Virus record (IMG/VR): IMGVR_UViG_3300021400_000154 | Coordinates: 46,615-110,614 of that record | Length of the DNA stretch: 64,000 nucleotides | Strand: one strand, 5' to 3' | Source of the DNA: a virus | Lineage: Duplodnaviria; Caudoviricetes | Shown: positions 47,477-57,013 of the stretch, one piece after another | Position numbering within the stretch: the first letter of the stretch is position 1 | Layout: every line of letters begins with the position of its first letter | Translations under genes and position numbers: made by a program | The notes under the pieces: generated by a model | What the model was told of the DNA's origin: nothing | The model's database searches: none | Seen by the model: the letters and a program-made list of their open reading frames with translations, nothing else

Positions 47477-47671
47477 TTACCACACAGGATCGTAGTCGCC
47501 TACGTCAGAATCAGGGTCAATGCTCAGCTTGGCTTCGATAAAATCGGCCACGGCAGACTCCACAGCGTCGTGGAGAATGGGAACCAGTCTCTCCAGATCG
47601 CTTTTCGTCTTCGCGTACCGCTCCAGATAGCTGTCCAACATGATTTCAATTTCGAGAACGTCGCCGTTCAA
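47477..47671 (-). CDS. Hypothetical acidic protein
   Basis: AAGGAG RBS followed by TTG start. Confidence 0.5.
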   Translation of the reverse strand: MNGDVLEIEIMLDSYLERYAKTKSDLERLVPILHDAVESAVADFIEAKLSIDPDSDVGDYDPVW

Positions 47672-48173
47672 TGGAACCACTCCTTTTTTTCTTTCCATTA
47701 CGTTCATTTTCGAGGTTGCGGATTTTGTCACCGTTCACCCTACCGTATTCCGCGATTAAAACAGCTTCAGCCATGCCGTCTGAAGGCTTTTTGCAGCGAG
47801 AAGTCGGCAAAAGAGAGAGTTCTGGATGCATTTCCTGGCATTTTTCAATGGATTTTTGCTTGTCCGAGCCCAAATCATAGGCTTTTTTCCATTTTTGAGG
47901 CGGTACAAGCAGGGTTTCAATGCCAAATGCTGCCAAAACTCCCTCGATGAAGCCCGCAGACTTGCCGAAGTTGAACATGGAGACCACGCCTTGTCCCGGC
48001 ATGGCTCCAACCTTCTCAACTACGGCATAAATCTGCTCTTCGTCGTGATTTTCGGCGATTTTTCGCATCTCCTGAACGAAAACCTGGTTATCCCATGGGA
48101 AAACCTATGCCCGGGTCTCCCCAAGAATCGCAAAAGCACCCTTCTGACCGGGATCAATGCCGATAACGGTCAT
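47646..48173 (-). CDS. RuvC-like Holliday junction resolvase; TAG at 48105-48107 read through
   Basis: VIGIDPGQKGAFA lies upstream of the TAG, in frame with VVEKV...GVVSMFNFG...PQKWKK...DGMAEAVLIA. Confidence 0.82.
47688..47722 (-). repeat. 35-bp element, copy 1 (putative phage promoter/operator)
   Basis: TCCGCAACCTCGAAAATGAACGTAATGGAAAGAAA, identical to 52739-52773 and directly upstream of an RBS. Confidence 0.75.
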
Positions 48174-48433
48174 GATTCGGCCTCCTTTTCCAGTCTTGCG
48201 ATCTCGCGGTCCAGATACCAGCGAGCTTTCTTCAGATCTTCGAGAGCGTCGAGCTTGTGGCCCGCCCTGGTAACGTATTTGACCACGTTACCAAGGCAGA
48301 AGCCCAGCTTCTTGTCCTCAATGAAGTCGATCGTCTCGATTTTGCCGTAGGTGTAATGGGCGGGATGGTTCACGGGGTCGTTCTGGACAACAGTGTCGTC
48401 CTGACGCGGGACAATAGCTGTAATCATGCTCAA
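48170..48433 (-). CDS. DUF3310-family protein
   Basis: DPVNHPAHY...IETIDFI...GFCLGNVVKY..RAG.K...EDLKKARWYL. Confidence 0.85.
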   Translation of the reverse strand: MSMITAIVPRQDDTVVQNDPVNHPAHYTYGKIETIDFIEDKKLGFCLGNVVKYVTRAGHKLDALEDLKKARWYLDREIARLEKEAES

Positions 48434-48440
48434 ATCTCCT

Positions 48441-48659
48441 TTACTTGAACTGGCAAGACCGGATCTGGTACACCTCGTCCAGCCATTCGTTCAGCTCATC
48501 GACTGTTTTGCCGAATCTTTCAGCAAGACAGTTCTCACAGGTCGGCGGTGTGCGAATCGCCCTGGAACAGCGCTCGTCCCACTTGTTCATGCGCTTCTTA
48601 CACACGCTGCAGTACTTATCGGACCACTGTCCCATCTTGATTTGTCGGATATTGCTCAT
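48441..48659 (-). CDS. Small Zn-binding hypothetical protein
   Basis: CxxC motifs; GGAGG RBS. Confidence 0.6.
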   Translation of the reverse strand: MSNIRQIKMGQWSDKYCSVCKKRMNKWDERCSRAIRTPPTCENCLAERFGKTVDELNEWLDEVYQIRSCQFK

Positions 48660-48671
48660 GCGAAAGCCTCC

Positions 48672-49355
48672 TTAGATGTGACAGTCAACAAAGTTCACGT
48701 AGGGATTCTCATCGGAGGAAACATACTCGGCCCACTCCTTAATGTAGCGCTTCAGGCTCTCCGGCGTGTCGTCACTGCAGGCGAACCAGCCAACAGTACC
48801 GGGCGAATGCCACTCTCCGTCAGGCGTAACGAACGCATAAGGGTAGTTCCACTTCTCAACGAGCTGATATGTCTCTTCATCAGGATAATCTTCCAGAAAT
48901 CGCTCGGCATCCTCTTTCGAAATCGTTCCAAGGGGATCCTCGCCGGTATCGACAATCGTCAGCATGCGATTGTAGGTCTTTCTTGCGCTTCTCTCGCTGT
49001 AACCGGGCTCAGTGTAAAGGTAGTCGTTCTTTCGGCTATCTTCGCCAGCATTGCGCAGACGATCAAACTGCCAGTCTCCACCATCCAGCGTATACCAGTC
49101 CCACTTGGCATTAGGGTTCACCATAAAGCCAAGGGACCCATCCTCAGGCGAGTTAATGTAGCCCTCGTGGGTCAGAAACTCTTCGTATGGGATCTCGGGA
49201 CAATGTTTAGCATGGAAATCCTTCAGCCATTCGATCCTGTCCTCTGCCAGCGGAACAAAAGAGAAGTAATCGCTGTCAGTTTCGCTGTAAGGTGCGAGCA
49301 GTTCCTCGAATCCATCAGGATTATTGGAAAACACAGCAACTCTGTAGTGACTCAT
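48672..49355 (-). CDS. Hypothetical phage protein (NPNAKWDWY type)
   Basis: MSHY.VAV, NPNAKWDWY, AFVTPDGEWH, VDCHI. Confidence 0.7.
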   Translation of the reverse strand: MSHYRVAVFSNNPDGFEELLAPYSETDSDYFSFVPLAEDRIEWLKDFHAKHCPEIPYEEFLTHEGYINSPEDGSLGFMVNPNAKWDWYTLDGGDWQFDRLRNAGEDSRKNDYLYTEPGYSERSARKTYNRMLTIVDTGEDPLGTISKEDAERFLEDYPDEETYQLVEKWNYPYAFVTPDGEWHSPGTVGWFACSDDTPESLKRYIKEWAEYVSSDENPYVNFVDCHI

Positions 49356-49367
49356 ATGTTTCCTCCA

Positions 49368-49766
49368 TCAAAATAGCGTGCATTCAGCACTGTCGATGTA
49401 GGGATTGGCCGGATTCTGGATCCAGTTGTCCCACTCTTCGTTGTATCCTTGTTGACCGTTCTTGTAGTTATCAGGGCTGTGATATTCGCCATCCGGTGTG
49501 ATATAAGCAGACGGGCGAAGCTTAATGGCTCCGCCCGCTGCGTTCATATCATCATAGCTCATCTGGTTTTTGCGATAGTGCCCTGTGCTATCGGGATTCT
49601 CTCCTGACAAAGGCTTAAAATACGTGTCTCCGGCGCGAACCAGGTACCAGTCATACTTGGCGTCCTTACAAACAGGACTGTTTTCCAGGTATTTATCCAG
49701 CAAAGGTTCCGCTTCATGAGGTTCGTCATGAAAGACGGATACAATCTTGTGATTCAACGCCTCCAC
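49368..49766 (-). CDS. Shorter paralog of the 48672-49355 protein
   Basis: AKYDWY, AYITPDGEYHSP, NPYI. Confidence 0.6.
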   Translation of the reverse strand: MEALNHKIVSVFHDEPHEAEPLLDKYLENSPVCKDAKYDWYLVRAGDTYFKPLSGENPDSTGHYRKNQMSYDDMNAAGGAIKLRPSAYITPDGEYHSPDNYKNGQQGYNEEWDNWIQNPANPYIDSAECTLF

Positions 49767-49862
49767 CTCCTGTCATCATCATTCGCATATAACAGCGAAT
49801 AGATAAACAACAAGAACAGGAAGACCAAGACACCTGTAGTAATCCATTCAAGAAGCATGCGA

Positions 49863-50393
49863 TCACCTGCCTGTCGATCCGAAGCCGCCAATCCGCTTGT
49901 CACCAAGATCAAACGAGTCGCCCGTGCAAAGACCGTAAGGAATCAGAATACCCTGAACGAAACGCTCCTGGTCTTTCAGAATAAACTCGGACTGGGTCCT
50001 CATGTTGACAATGATGTGGCCCTCGTTCTCCGCGTTATAGTAGTCGGAATCAATGATACCGGTGGTGTTCTTCAGGCTTGCGCCGAACTTGAATCCGAGG
50101 CCGGAGCGTGGATACATAGCCAGCATCCAGCCGAGCTTCAGTTTTACGCGAATGCCTGTAAAAATCTTGTTGTCCATACCGGGCTGGAATGCCCATCCGG
50201 CAGGAATGTAGAAGTCGTAACCGGCTGAGCCATTGGTCGCTCTCGTTGGAAGCTTAATGTTTTCGTATTCCACCCGGAGCATGGCGGCAACCGTCTGCGA
50301 AATCTTGTCCGGCTCTTTTCCAAGAACGTCTTTGCTGTATTGGCCGAACGAGATCTTCTCGAACTGTGCGACATCGTAACCGAAATAATCCAT
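49863..50393 (-). CDS. dut: Trimeric dUTPase
   Basis: LPTRAT.GSAGYDF, PRSGLG, GIIDSDYY, RIGGFGSTG. Confidence 0.93.
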   Translation of the reverse strand: MDYFGYDVAQFEKISFGQYSKDVLGKEPDKISQTVAAMLRVEYENIKLPTRATNGSAGYDFYIPAGWAFQPGMDNKIFTGIRVKLKLGWMLAMYPRSGLGFKFGASLKNTTGIIDSDYYNAENEGHIIVNMRTQSEFILKDQERFVQGILIPYGLCTGDSFDLGDKRIGGFGSTGR

Positions 50394-50404
50394 GCGCTCT
50401 CCTT

Positions 50405-50608
50405 TCAGCAAGGCACACGAATCCAGAGACCGCACATGCAGTCTCCGGTTTCTTCGTGATACTTGCAGGGACATTTAGTGTCAGGGTTCTTCTCCATTTG
50501 CGTGGGGCAGTAACCATTGTTGTCCTTGATCCGCTTCTTGATCTCCTTGACGTACTCTTTGTCTGGATTCTTGATGATCTTCATCTCAAAATCAAAGTCT
50601 TTTTCCAT
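50405..50608 (-). CDS. Ferredoxin:thioredoxin reductase catalytic-subunit-like small protein
   Basis: GYCPT...KCPC...GDCMCGLW resembles the CPC/CPC/CHC pattern. Confidence 0.6.
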   Translation of the reverse strand: MEKDFDFEMKIIKNPDKEYVKEIKKRIKDNNGYCPTQMEKNPDTKCPCKYHEETGDCMCGLWIRVPC

Positions 50609-50697
50609 TCTCAAGCTCCTTCTGGCGATAACGCCCGAGATAGTAGCCGGGAAGAAAGCCAATGATTACACCGGCAACAAAGAGCCAGACTGTCCAA

Positions 50698-51222
50698 TCA
50701 ATCACCATCTGTGTCGCCTCCACTCATCATGTCAAGCAGCGCCTTAAAGAAATCATCCTTGTTAGACTTCATCTTATCGAGAACTTCACGGTCCTTCTTC
50801 TGCGTGTTGATCCGCTCAAGCTCTTTGCGCTCACGGTTTTTGCGTTCCATGTCCAGCTGCGCCTGCACTTTGCGCAGACGATCCTGTTCCTTGCGCTCCT
50901 TTTCGCGCTCAAGATCGTACTTCTCCATCAGATTCTTGGCCGCAGTCGTGGAGCCGAAGAGCTTCTTGATCACAGCAGCGCAGAAACCGAAGTAGCGCTC
51001 GAAGCTGTCAGACTCGCCGCAGTGGACCACAGTGGAGGTTCCGTCCACCCACAGGACCGTGGTGTAACCCTTGTTCTTGTTAAACACAACCTGTTTAATA
51101 CCAGGCAGTACACGGGCACGGTCCTTTTCCTCTGGCTTCTTGGTGATGTTTGTGATGGCGATCTCGTCGCCATTGCGAACAATGAAGAATCGGTCAAAAC
51201 AATCGAAAGATCCGATTGGCAT
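50698..51222 (-). CDS. Hypothetical protein
   Basis: IKQVVFN...TTVLW.DGT.TVV.C motif plus coiled coil; AAGGAGG RBS. Confidence 0.65.
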   Translation of the reverse strand: MPIGSFDCFDRFFIVRNGDEIAITNITKKPEEKDRARVLPGIKQVVFNKNKGYTTVLWVDGTSTVVHCGESDSFERYFGFCAAVIKKLFGSTTAAKNLMEKYDLEREKERKEQDRLRKVQAQLDMERKNRERKELERINTQKKDREVLDKMKSNKDDFFKALLDMMSGGDTDGD

Positions 51223-51234
51223 AGATATTCCTCC

Positions 51235-51882
51235 TTACAGAATGTCGTCGAGCGACTTGACAATATGATGACAAACGCCGTACTTCATGCAGTCATCCGC
51301 ATCCAAAGTCCAGTCGTTGTTCTTCTTCTTGGAGAGCGTAGAGCTCGGAATCTCGGTGCGCTCCAGGATGTATTTCTTCATCCTCTGCAGATCCTGCTTA
51401 TAAGACTCGGAAGCATCCATGACCTTCACCGCATCGCCACGGAAAGCAGCGCTGCCCTCGTGAATGATCATCTGGCTGTTCGCCATCATCCAGCGCTCGT
51501 GTCCAGCCAGGAAGATCAGGGACGCTGCAGAAGCTGCCGTACCGATATTGATGGTGTACACAGGCGTCTTGGATGCGGTAATGACATCCACAAGCATCCA
51601 CATGTAGCTCAGATCACCGCCGGGAGACATAATAAACAAGCGGATCGGCTTGCGGTCCTCCACAGCGACACCCCTGTCCTCCATGTTCCAGCGATAAATC
51701 ATCCGCACCAGTGTGGTGATATTGCCGTCCACTTCTGTCTCCAGGAAGATCTTGCGCTCCTTCTCCAGGATATAATAAGAAAGCATATCCGGTTCCGGCA
51801 GACGCTCATCTGGAAGATTCAGCGACATGATGGTAGGTTCGATCAGAAATTCGCTCAATGGTTTGTCCTCCTCATTAGTCAA
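51235..51882 (-). CDS. clpP: ClpP-family protease subunit
   Basis: IMSPGGD, AASAASLIFLAG, MIIHE. Confidence 0.85.
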   Translation of the reverse strand: MTNEEDKPLSEFLIEPTIMSLNLPDERLPEPDMLSYYILEKERKIFLETEVDGNITTLVRMIYRWNMEDRGVAVEDRKPIRLFIMSPGGDLSYMWMLVDVITASKTPVYTINIGTAASAASLIFLAGHERWMMANSQMIIHEGSAAFRGDAVKVMDASESYKQDLQRMKKYILERTEIPSSTLSKKKNNDWTLDADDCMKYGVCHHIVKSLDDIL

Positions 51883-52729
51883 TATTCAGCAAGTCAGCCA
51901 GTTTTGCTGTCTCGCTTCGGACAGACTCCTGCAGATGCATGTAAGCGCAGAGCCTGTTGCCTTTCAGTTTGTTGATGGCAGCCTGCAGTCCGTTGTCCTT
52001 CTCAAAGGCTTTCGCATCAATCTGGCGCACATCACCCTCCAGGATCAGGATGGAACCTTCTCCTACCCTGCCCAGCAGTAGCTGAACATGTTCTCTGGTA
52101 AGATGTTCAGCCTCGGAACAGAAGATGATCGTGTTCTTGATGTCCCTGCCTCGCAGGAAACCCAGGTGCTCCACTTCGATCTGTCCACGCTGCATATAAA
52201 TGTCCAGCATTTCCTTGCCACCGATATGATCAGCCAGTGGCATGGCCCAGACAGACATCTTCTCCTGGAATGAACCCTTCAGGAAGCCGATCGGGTTGGA
52301 ATCCTTCACTTCGATATTGTTCCTGACCCACATGATCTTGTCGACAACACCGGCCTCCAGTAAGGACAGGGAGCAAGCGCAGGAAAGGAATGTTTTACCT
52401 GAACCAAAAGACCCCGTCATCATTTTGACGGTGGTCGTCGGATCCATCAGCATGTCCAGGGCGAACTGCTGCTCAATGTTCTTCGGATAGATCTTGCCCA
52501 TGAGTTTCAGCGAGCTTTCTACCGGCTTGCGCTATACGGTTTTATACTTGCCGTCCTGATATTTCAGACGGTCCACAGGTTTGCCTGTCTCGGATGAGAT
52601 TACGGCGAGGTATTCATTCTCCAGCAGGCCATAAGGGTTCTCCTGCTGGTAGACTTTGTCCAGCAGCGGATCGCTGTCGAGTACCTTCTTGAATCCGCGG
52701 TAATCGCCCTAAAGTTCAACCAAAGGCAT
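51875..52729 (-). CDS. phoH: PhoH-family ATPase; TAGs at 52709-52711 and 52532-52534 read through
   Basis: GSFGSGKT, IGFLKG, FLRGR, EAEHLT, LLGRVGEGS, GD..QID. GAGGAGG RBS before ATG 52729. Confidence 0.85.
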
Positions 52730-52738
52730 CGCCTCCTC

Positions 52739-52773
52739 TTTCTTTCCATTACGTTCATTTTCGAGGTTGCGGA
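52739..52773 (-). repeat. 35-bp element, copy 2
   Basis: Fills the nrdG-phoH intergenic gap immediately before the RBS. Confidence 0.75.
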
Positions 52774-52776
52774 AAA

Positions 52777-53247
52777 TCAGAACGCTGGTTTCTGAAATCT
52801 TTTGGTGATGTTCTCTACGTAAACGCCATCATCCGTGTGCGTGATCTTATACATGCGCTGGTTGGTGTCAGGGCTGTCCAGGCCTCCCAGTTCTTCTATG
52901 TACGGGCCTTGCTTGATGTAGTCAAAGTGATCAAGCATTCTCGCGAAAGCAGTATCGCTCCCTGAATAGAGGGCAGTCTTGAAGCCCCAGTCCTTTGCTA
53001 CTTTGTTGCAGGCGAGCAGTCCTTCCTCGTCCCGGCCTTCGCCCATGAAACATACACAGGTGATGGCAGTACTGTACATATCAATCAGCGCGTCAATGTC
53101 TACCAGAAGATTACGGCCTTGCGCCTCCTGCAGTTCAGGCGAATGACAGCCCTTGCATTTGAAGGGGCAATCACCAATCAGTATCGTCAGGCTTGTCTCG
53201 TCCGGCACTTCCTGAAAACTCACGGTGTATCCACGGTAGTAAACCAT
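52777..53247 (-). CDS. nrdG: Anaerobic ribonucleotide reductase activase
   Basis: FQEVPDE, CPFKCKGCHS radical-SAM motif, GGLDSPDTNQR. Confidence 0.9.
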   Translation of the reverse strand: MVYYRGYTVSFQEVPDETSLTILIGDCPFKCKGCHSPELQEAQGRNLLVDIDALIDMYSTAITCVCFMGEGRDEEGLLACNKVAKDWGFKTALYSGSDTAFARMLDHFDYIKQGPYIEELGGLDSPDTNQRMYKITHTDDGVYVENITKRFQKPAF

Positions 53248-53611
53248 AGTTCACTACACCTCCATTTTCCACATCCACATTTTGCTGAATCCAGCCCAGC
53301 ATCTTCTCCGAAAAATCAAGAATCATATCTTCCGCCGCTTTAGTGGGATGCGAGGCAAGCCAGCGCATTCCGACAGACTTAAAGTCGAAGCAGCCTTCTT
53401 TTCCGTTGTAACCAAGCGTTCCAACGGAATAACAGTTCTCCGATACGATCCTTTTTTCGCCTGTGCGGTAGTTGATCTGCTCCTCTGGCTGGTGTTCGTA
53501 CCATTTCACTACATCGAACCGGAGAGGATGCGTGTTGTTGGGCGGCACAAGCCAGGAAATATCGCAGATCTGAAACCCGTCTACGCGGTCTGTGTATTTC
53601 AAGAACGTCAC
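53171..53611 (-). CDS. Hypothetical protein
   Basis: Coupled ORF with AGGAG RBS. Confidence 0.5.
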   Translation of the reverse strand: MTFLKYTDRVDGFQICDISWLVPPNNTHPLRFDVVKWYEHQPEEQINYRTGEKRIVSENCYSVGTLGYNGKEGCFDFKSVGMRWLASHPTKAAEDMILDFSEKMLGWIQQNVDVENGGVVNYGLLPWIHREFSGSAGRDKPDDTDW

Positions 53612-54048
53612 TCTCCTATCAGATAGTTGTTGATTACATTGATGTAATGCTTATACGCCTTGCGGCTGTGCATGCCTATCCACTGCTCGAACCATCCGCT
53701 GTTGCCAAAGTTGGCAGACGACAGCCATACAATCTCAGGCGCGACAAGAAGCATTTTTGCATGGACATCTGGGCGAAGAATGATTTTCAGATCCGGGTAA
53801 TGGTCCTGGATGCGCATTGCCTTCTTCTCGAACTTCGAGTTGGCGATAATGGTTACGCCGTTTGTCCTCTTGTCAAGAATCTCCTCGATTTCGTTCAGAC
53901 TCGGAAGAGAGTACGTGACAATGGTCGCAACGCCTTTTGTCTTTTCAAACTGGTTCATGATCGACTTCCATGAGGAATCGACGGAAGCGAGCTTGATATC
54001 CTAAAGTTTCAGCGTCGTACCGTACTTGTCGTTAGCGAACTCGCCCAT
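53608..54048 (-). CDS. PLD-like (HKD) nuclease domain protein; TAG at 54001-54003 read through
   Basis: VHAKMLLV...WLSSANFG. The upstream ATG 54048 sits 3 nt after the nrdD stop. Confidence 0.65.
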
Positions 54049-54051
54049 GCG

Positions 54052-55932
54052 TTAAGCCCCCTTATAATAGAACCGCCTCGCGTGTTCTTCCTTACGCTCC
54101 TGCGACCACTTGCTGACACGGGTCAGGTAACCGATCACGCGGGTCGCATAATCCAAATCATCGCTGCCGCACTCAGGGCACTTATCCAGGCGATGCTTGG
54201 AGATGTGGCCGCACTTATTGCAGACCGTGTTCGGAATGTTGAAAGTAAAGTAGTTGCAGCCGGTCTTGATGGCCAGCTTCAGCAGGTTCTCATACTGCGG
54301 CTTGGACAGGTGTTCGTCAAGATTGCAATGCAGAGCGCTGCCACCGTCCAACCTGCCGGTAAAGTTGTTGCCGTGCATGAAGAACTTGTCCACCGGGTTG
54401 CAAGTCTCGTCCTCCACCTTGTAGAAGTAGGAGTTGTAGCAGGCACGGGGCACCTGATAGCCGTCCTTGCGGTCCCACTTGGCGAACTTCACGCCCAGGT
54501 TCTCAGCCGGAACCATCTCAGTATTGAACATCAGGGTTTCGGTCTTGGCCTCCCGGTTGCTCTCGTAGATCGGGGACATGATAGCGTTGACGAAACTGGC
54601 GTAGAACAGGTTATTGCTGATCTCCAGCCCCATGTACTCAGCCGCTTCCACCAGACCATTGATGCCCACCGTCAGGTACTGTTTCTCAGGCGAAATAAAG
54701 CCTGCGTCATAGATGGGCAGCATACGATTGTCCCGCATGTCCAGCACGATCTGGTTAAACGCGGTCAGGTACTTGTGGATCTTGTCGGTCTGTTCCTTGA
54801 CAGCCTTGGAGATGCGCTCGAACGCAGCGGCATAATCCTCATTGCTGTGAGGCGGAACAGGACAGGTGTTCTGCACAAGCCGGTTCAGATTAATGGTCAT
54901 CACGCACTTGGATCCGGTAGAGACACCGCCAGCACCCAGCGTATAGGAGAACTGGTTATCCTGGATGCCATTACGGAGCCGACAGCAGCTAGCCAGGGAG
55001 TCCACGGAATCGCTTGTATAAGTAAAGAAAGAATGGCCCTCCGCATACATCTCCGCAGCGAAGTCAGCCCATTCCTTGTCGCAGAAATCCTTGCCGTCGT
55101 TCAGCAGGGACAATGTCTCCACAGGGAAGGTCAGAATATTCTTCAGGCGCTCCCGGTTGAACCACTTCATGAAGCGCTTCTGCAGCCAGCTTACGGACTC
55201 CCACTGCATCTCTGTGCCGTCAGGAAAAACAAAGCCGTCAAAAAGCTGATCGAAGTAATACTTGTCGAAGTAGGCGATGTTCCAAAAAACTGACTGGCTG
55301 CCACGGGCTGCGGCAGGCTGGTTCAGGCTGTAAACAACCTGTGCGAAAGCATCCGTGATGATCTCATCAATGGTCCGGCTGCGAGAAGAGATCTCCACAA
55401 TGCGGTTCGGGGAGAGGTAGTACGTGTCGCCGTATTCCTTGCGAATAAAGTAGTCCATATAGGACAGAAACTCAGGCGTGGCAACGGCACCACAGAGCTG
55501 GGCAGAGACGGCGAAGACCAGGTTGATAAAACCGCCAAGGAAGGACTGCAGATGCTTCGGAGCAGTTGTGGTACCGCCAAGCTTGGTCATGCCGTCAAAC
55601 AAAAACGGATACAGGGTAATGCTGGCGCAGTAAGGAGTACCCACCGGCATGCCCGATTCATCATGGCGATAGATCTCATGCTCCTCCAGCTGGCGGAGAT
55701 ACTCGTTGGCAATATCCTCGTCATACATACGGCTCAGGTAGTCGTACATCATCAGCCGGTTTGCGTAAATGTTGTCTTTCTTATGAATCTCAGGGGCCAT
55801 GGTTGCAATGTTTTTGTTGCTCACATTTGAGTTGGCATCCACTTCGGATCCGCTGGCTGCGTTCTGTGCTTCGCAGTATTTCTTGATAAAGTTCAGGTCT
55901 CTTCGGTAAGGCATGTATTTGTCGACAATCAT
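54052..55932 (-). CDS. nrdD: Anaerobic (class III) ribonucleotide reductase
   Basis: PYCASI, LASCCRL, VPAENL, CNKC...CPECG, TRVIGYL glycyl-radical motif. Confidence 0.93.
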   Translation of the reverse strand: MIVDKYMPYRRDLNFIKKYCEAQNAASGSEVDANSNVSNKNIATMAPEIHKKDNIYANRLMMYDYLSRMYDEDIANEYLRQLEEHEIYRHDESGMPVGTPYCASITLYPFLFDGMTKLGGTTTAPKHLQSFLGGFINLVFAVSAQLCGAVATPEFLSYMDYFIRKEYGDTYYLSPNRIVEISSRSRTIDEIITDAFAQVVYSLNQPAAARGSQSVFWNIAYFDKYYFDQLFDGFVFPDGTEMQWESVSWLQKRFMKWFNRERLKNILTFPVETLSLLNDGKDFCDKEWADFAAEMYAEGHSFFTYTSDSVDSLASCCRLRNGIQDNQFSYTLGAGGVSTGSKCVMTINLNRLVQNTCPVPPHSNEDYAAAFERISKAVKEQTDKIHKYLTAFNQIVLDMRDNRMLPIYDAGFISPEKQYLTVGINGLVEAAEYMGLEISNNLFYASFVNAIMSPIYESNREAKTETLMFNTEMVPAENLGVKFAKWDRKDGYQVPRACYNSYFYKVEDETCNPVDKFFMHGNNFTGRLDGGSALHCNLDEHLSKPQYENLLKLAIKTGCNYFTFNIPNTVCNKCGHISKHRLDKCPECGSDDLDYATRVIGYLTRVSKWSQERKEEHARRFYYKGA

Positions 55933-55933
55933 C

Positions 55934-56146
55934 TCACACACCTTCTTCCTTCTGATTAATCCAGTTGACGGCGTCTTTGAAGGACATCAGCGTTCCGTCT
56001 ACCTCAAGGATGGGAGCCGAGTTGAAACCGCGTTTCAGGATCTCATCAGCGCCCTTTACCACAGTAAAAGGCACGTTCTTCTTCTTCAGAACTGCCTCGA
56101 GGAAATTACACTGAGGACAGTCCGTCGTAAATAAAGTAACGTTCAT
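55934..56146 (-). CDS. Glutaredoxin/NrdH-like protein
   Basis: CPQC, SAPILEVDG. Confidence 0.8.
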   Translation of the reverse strand: MNVTLFTTDCPQCNFLEAVLKKKNVPFTVVKGADEILKRGFNSAPILEVDGTLMSFKDAVNWINQKEEGV

Positions 56147-56156
56147 GGGAACCACC

Positions 56157-56357
56157 TCACATATTATTAAGCATATAGATGTCAGGATTCGCTGAGCTGT
56201 TGTAACCGATCCACAGCATATCGATGTCGTTCGTGTTCTCGCCAAGCTCATCGCTTGCATAGTTTACAATGCTGTCGAATGCCGCGTCGGCATCACTGGC
56301 CAGCACCACACCCTGATAATTGCCCGGAGTATTCAGTCTCCACTGATAGACCTCCAT
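56157..56357 (-). CDS. Hypothetical protein
   Basis: Coupled small ORF. Confidence 0.5.
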   Translation of the reverse strand: MEVYQWRLNTPGNYQGVVLASDADAAFDSIVNYASDELGENTNDIDMLWIGYNSSANPDIYMLNNM

Positions 56358-57013
56358 CAGCCATCTACCTCTTTCTCTTCGAAATATTCCTGGTAAAGAT
56401 CATCAAACACAGCAGGGATTCGTTCGTGAGCCTGACGCAGCAGATCCAGCATCAGCTCACGCATGGGTGGATAGGCAGCAACAGAGCAGCGCAGCGCAAA
56501 AATATGCCGCCACTCCCGCAAGTTAGCCTTCATGATAATCCGGCAGGCGGTAGAGTTGGGCAGCACTTCCCTGGCTTCCTGCGGTTTCGCGCCATCCTCG
56601 ATCAGGTTTTTGTAGGCGAGCTCAGCCATTCGCATGGAACTGTACCACATGGCACTGCGGTCATCCTCGTCGGAATCCTGGCACCAGTTGGGTCGAATGA
56701 ACGTGATATCGCCGGTTTTGGCTTCCTGAATATATCTCTGAGACTCAACACAGAAGGAAGCGACCCTGTGTCTTGTCAGTTCCGCAAGGATTGCTCGTGA
56801 GGTGGTAATGTCCACGGTCATGTCCGCAAACTCAACAGGCGCTTCATGCCCTCTGCTGATCAGGTTCGGCACCATGGTACTCCAGGATTCATCCGTAATC
56901 CTGTCCTGGCTGGCATAGCAGTTTCTCGCGGCATACTCAATAGCTTTCGCACATGCGATGCCTTCCTCTTCGGATGGCGAGAGGATCTTGACACTCTGAT
57001 TCGCAACAATCAT
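56357..57013 (-). CDS. thyX: Flavin-dependent thymidylate synthase
   Basis: GHEAPVEF, ELTRHRVASFCVESQRY, AREVLP, NLREWRH. Confidence 0.93.
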   Translation of the reverse strand: MIVANQSVKILSPSEEEGIACAKAIEYAARNCYASQDRITDESWSTMVPNLISRGHEAPVEFADMTVDITTSRAILAELTRHRVASFCVESQRYIQEAKTGDITFIRPNWCQDSDEDDRSAMWYSSMRMAELAYKNLIEDGAKPQEAREVLPNSTACRIIMKANLREWRHIFALRCSVAAYPPMRELMLDLLRQAHERIPAVFDDLYQEYFEEKEVDG

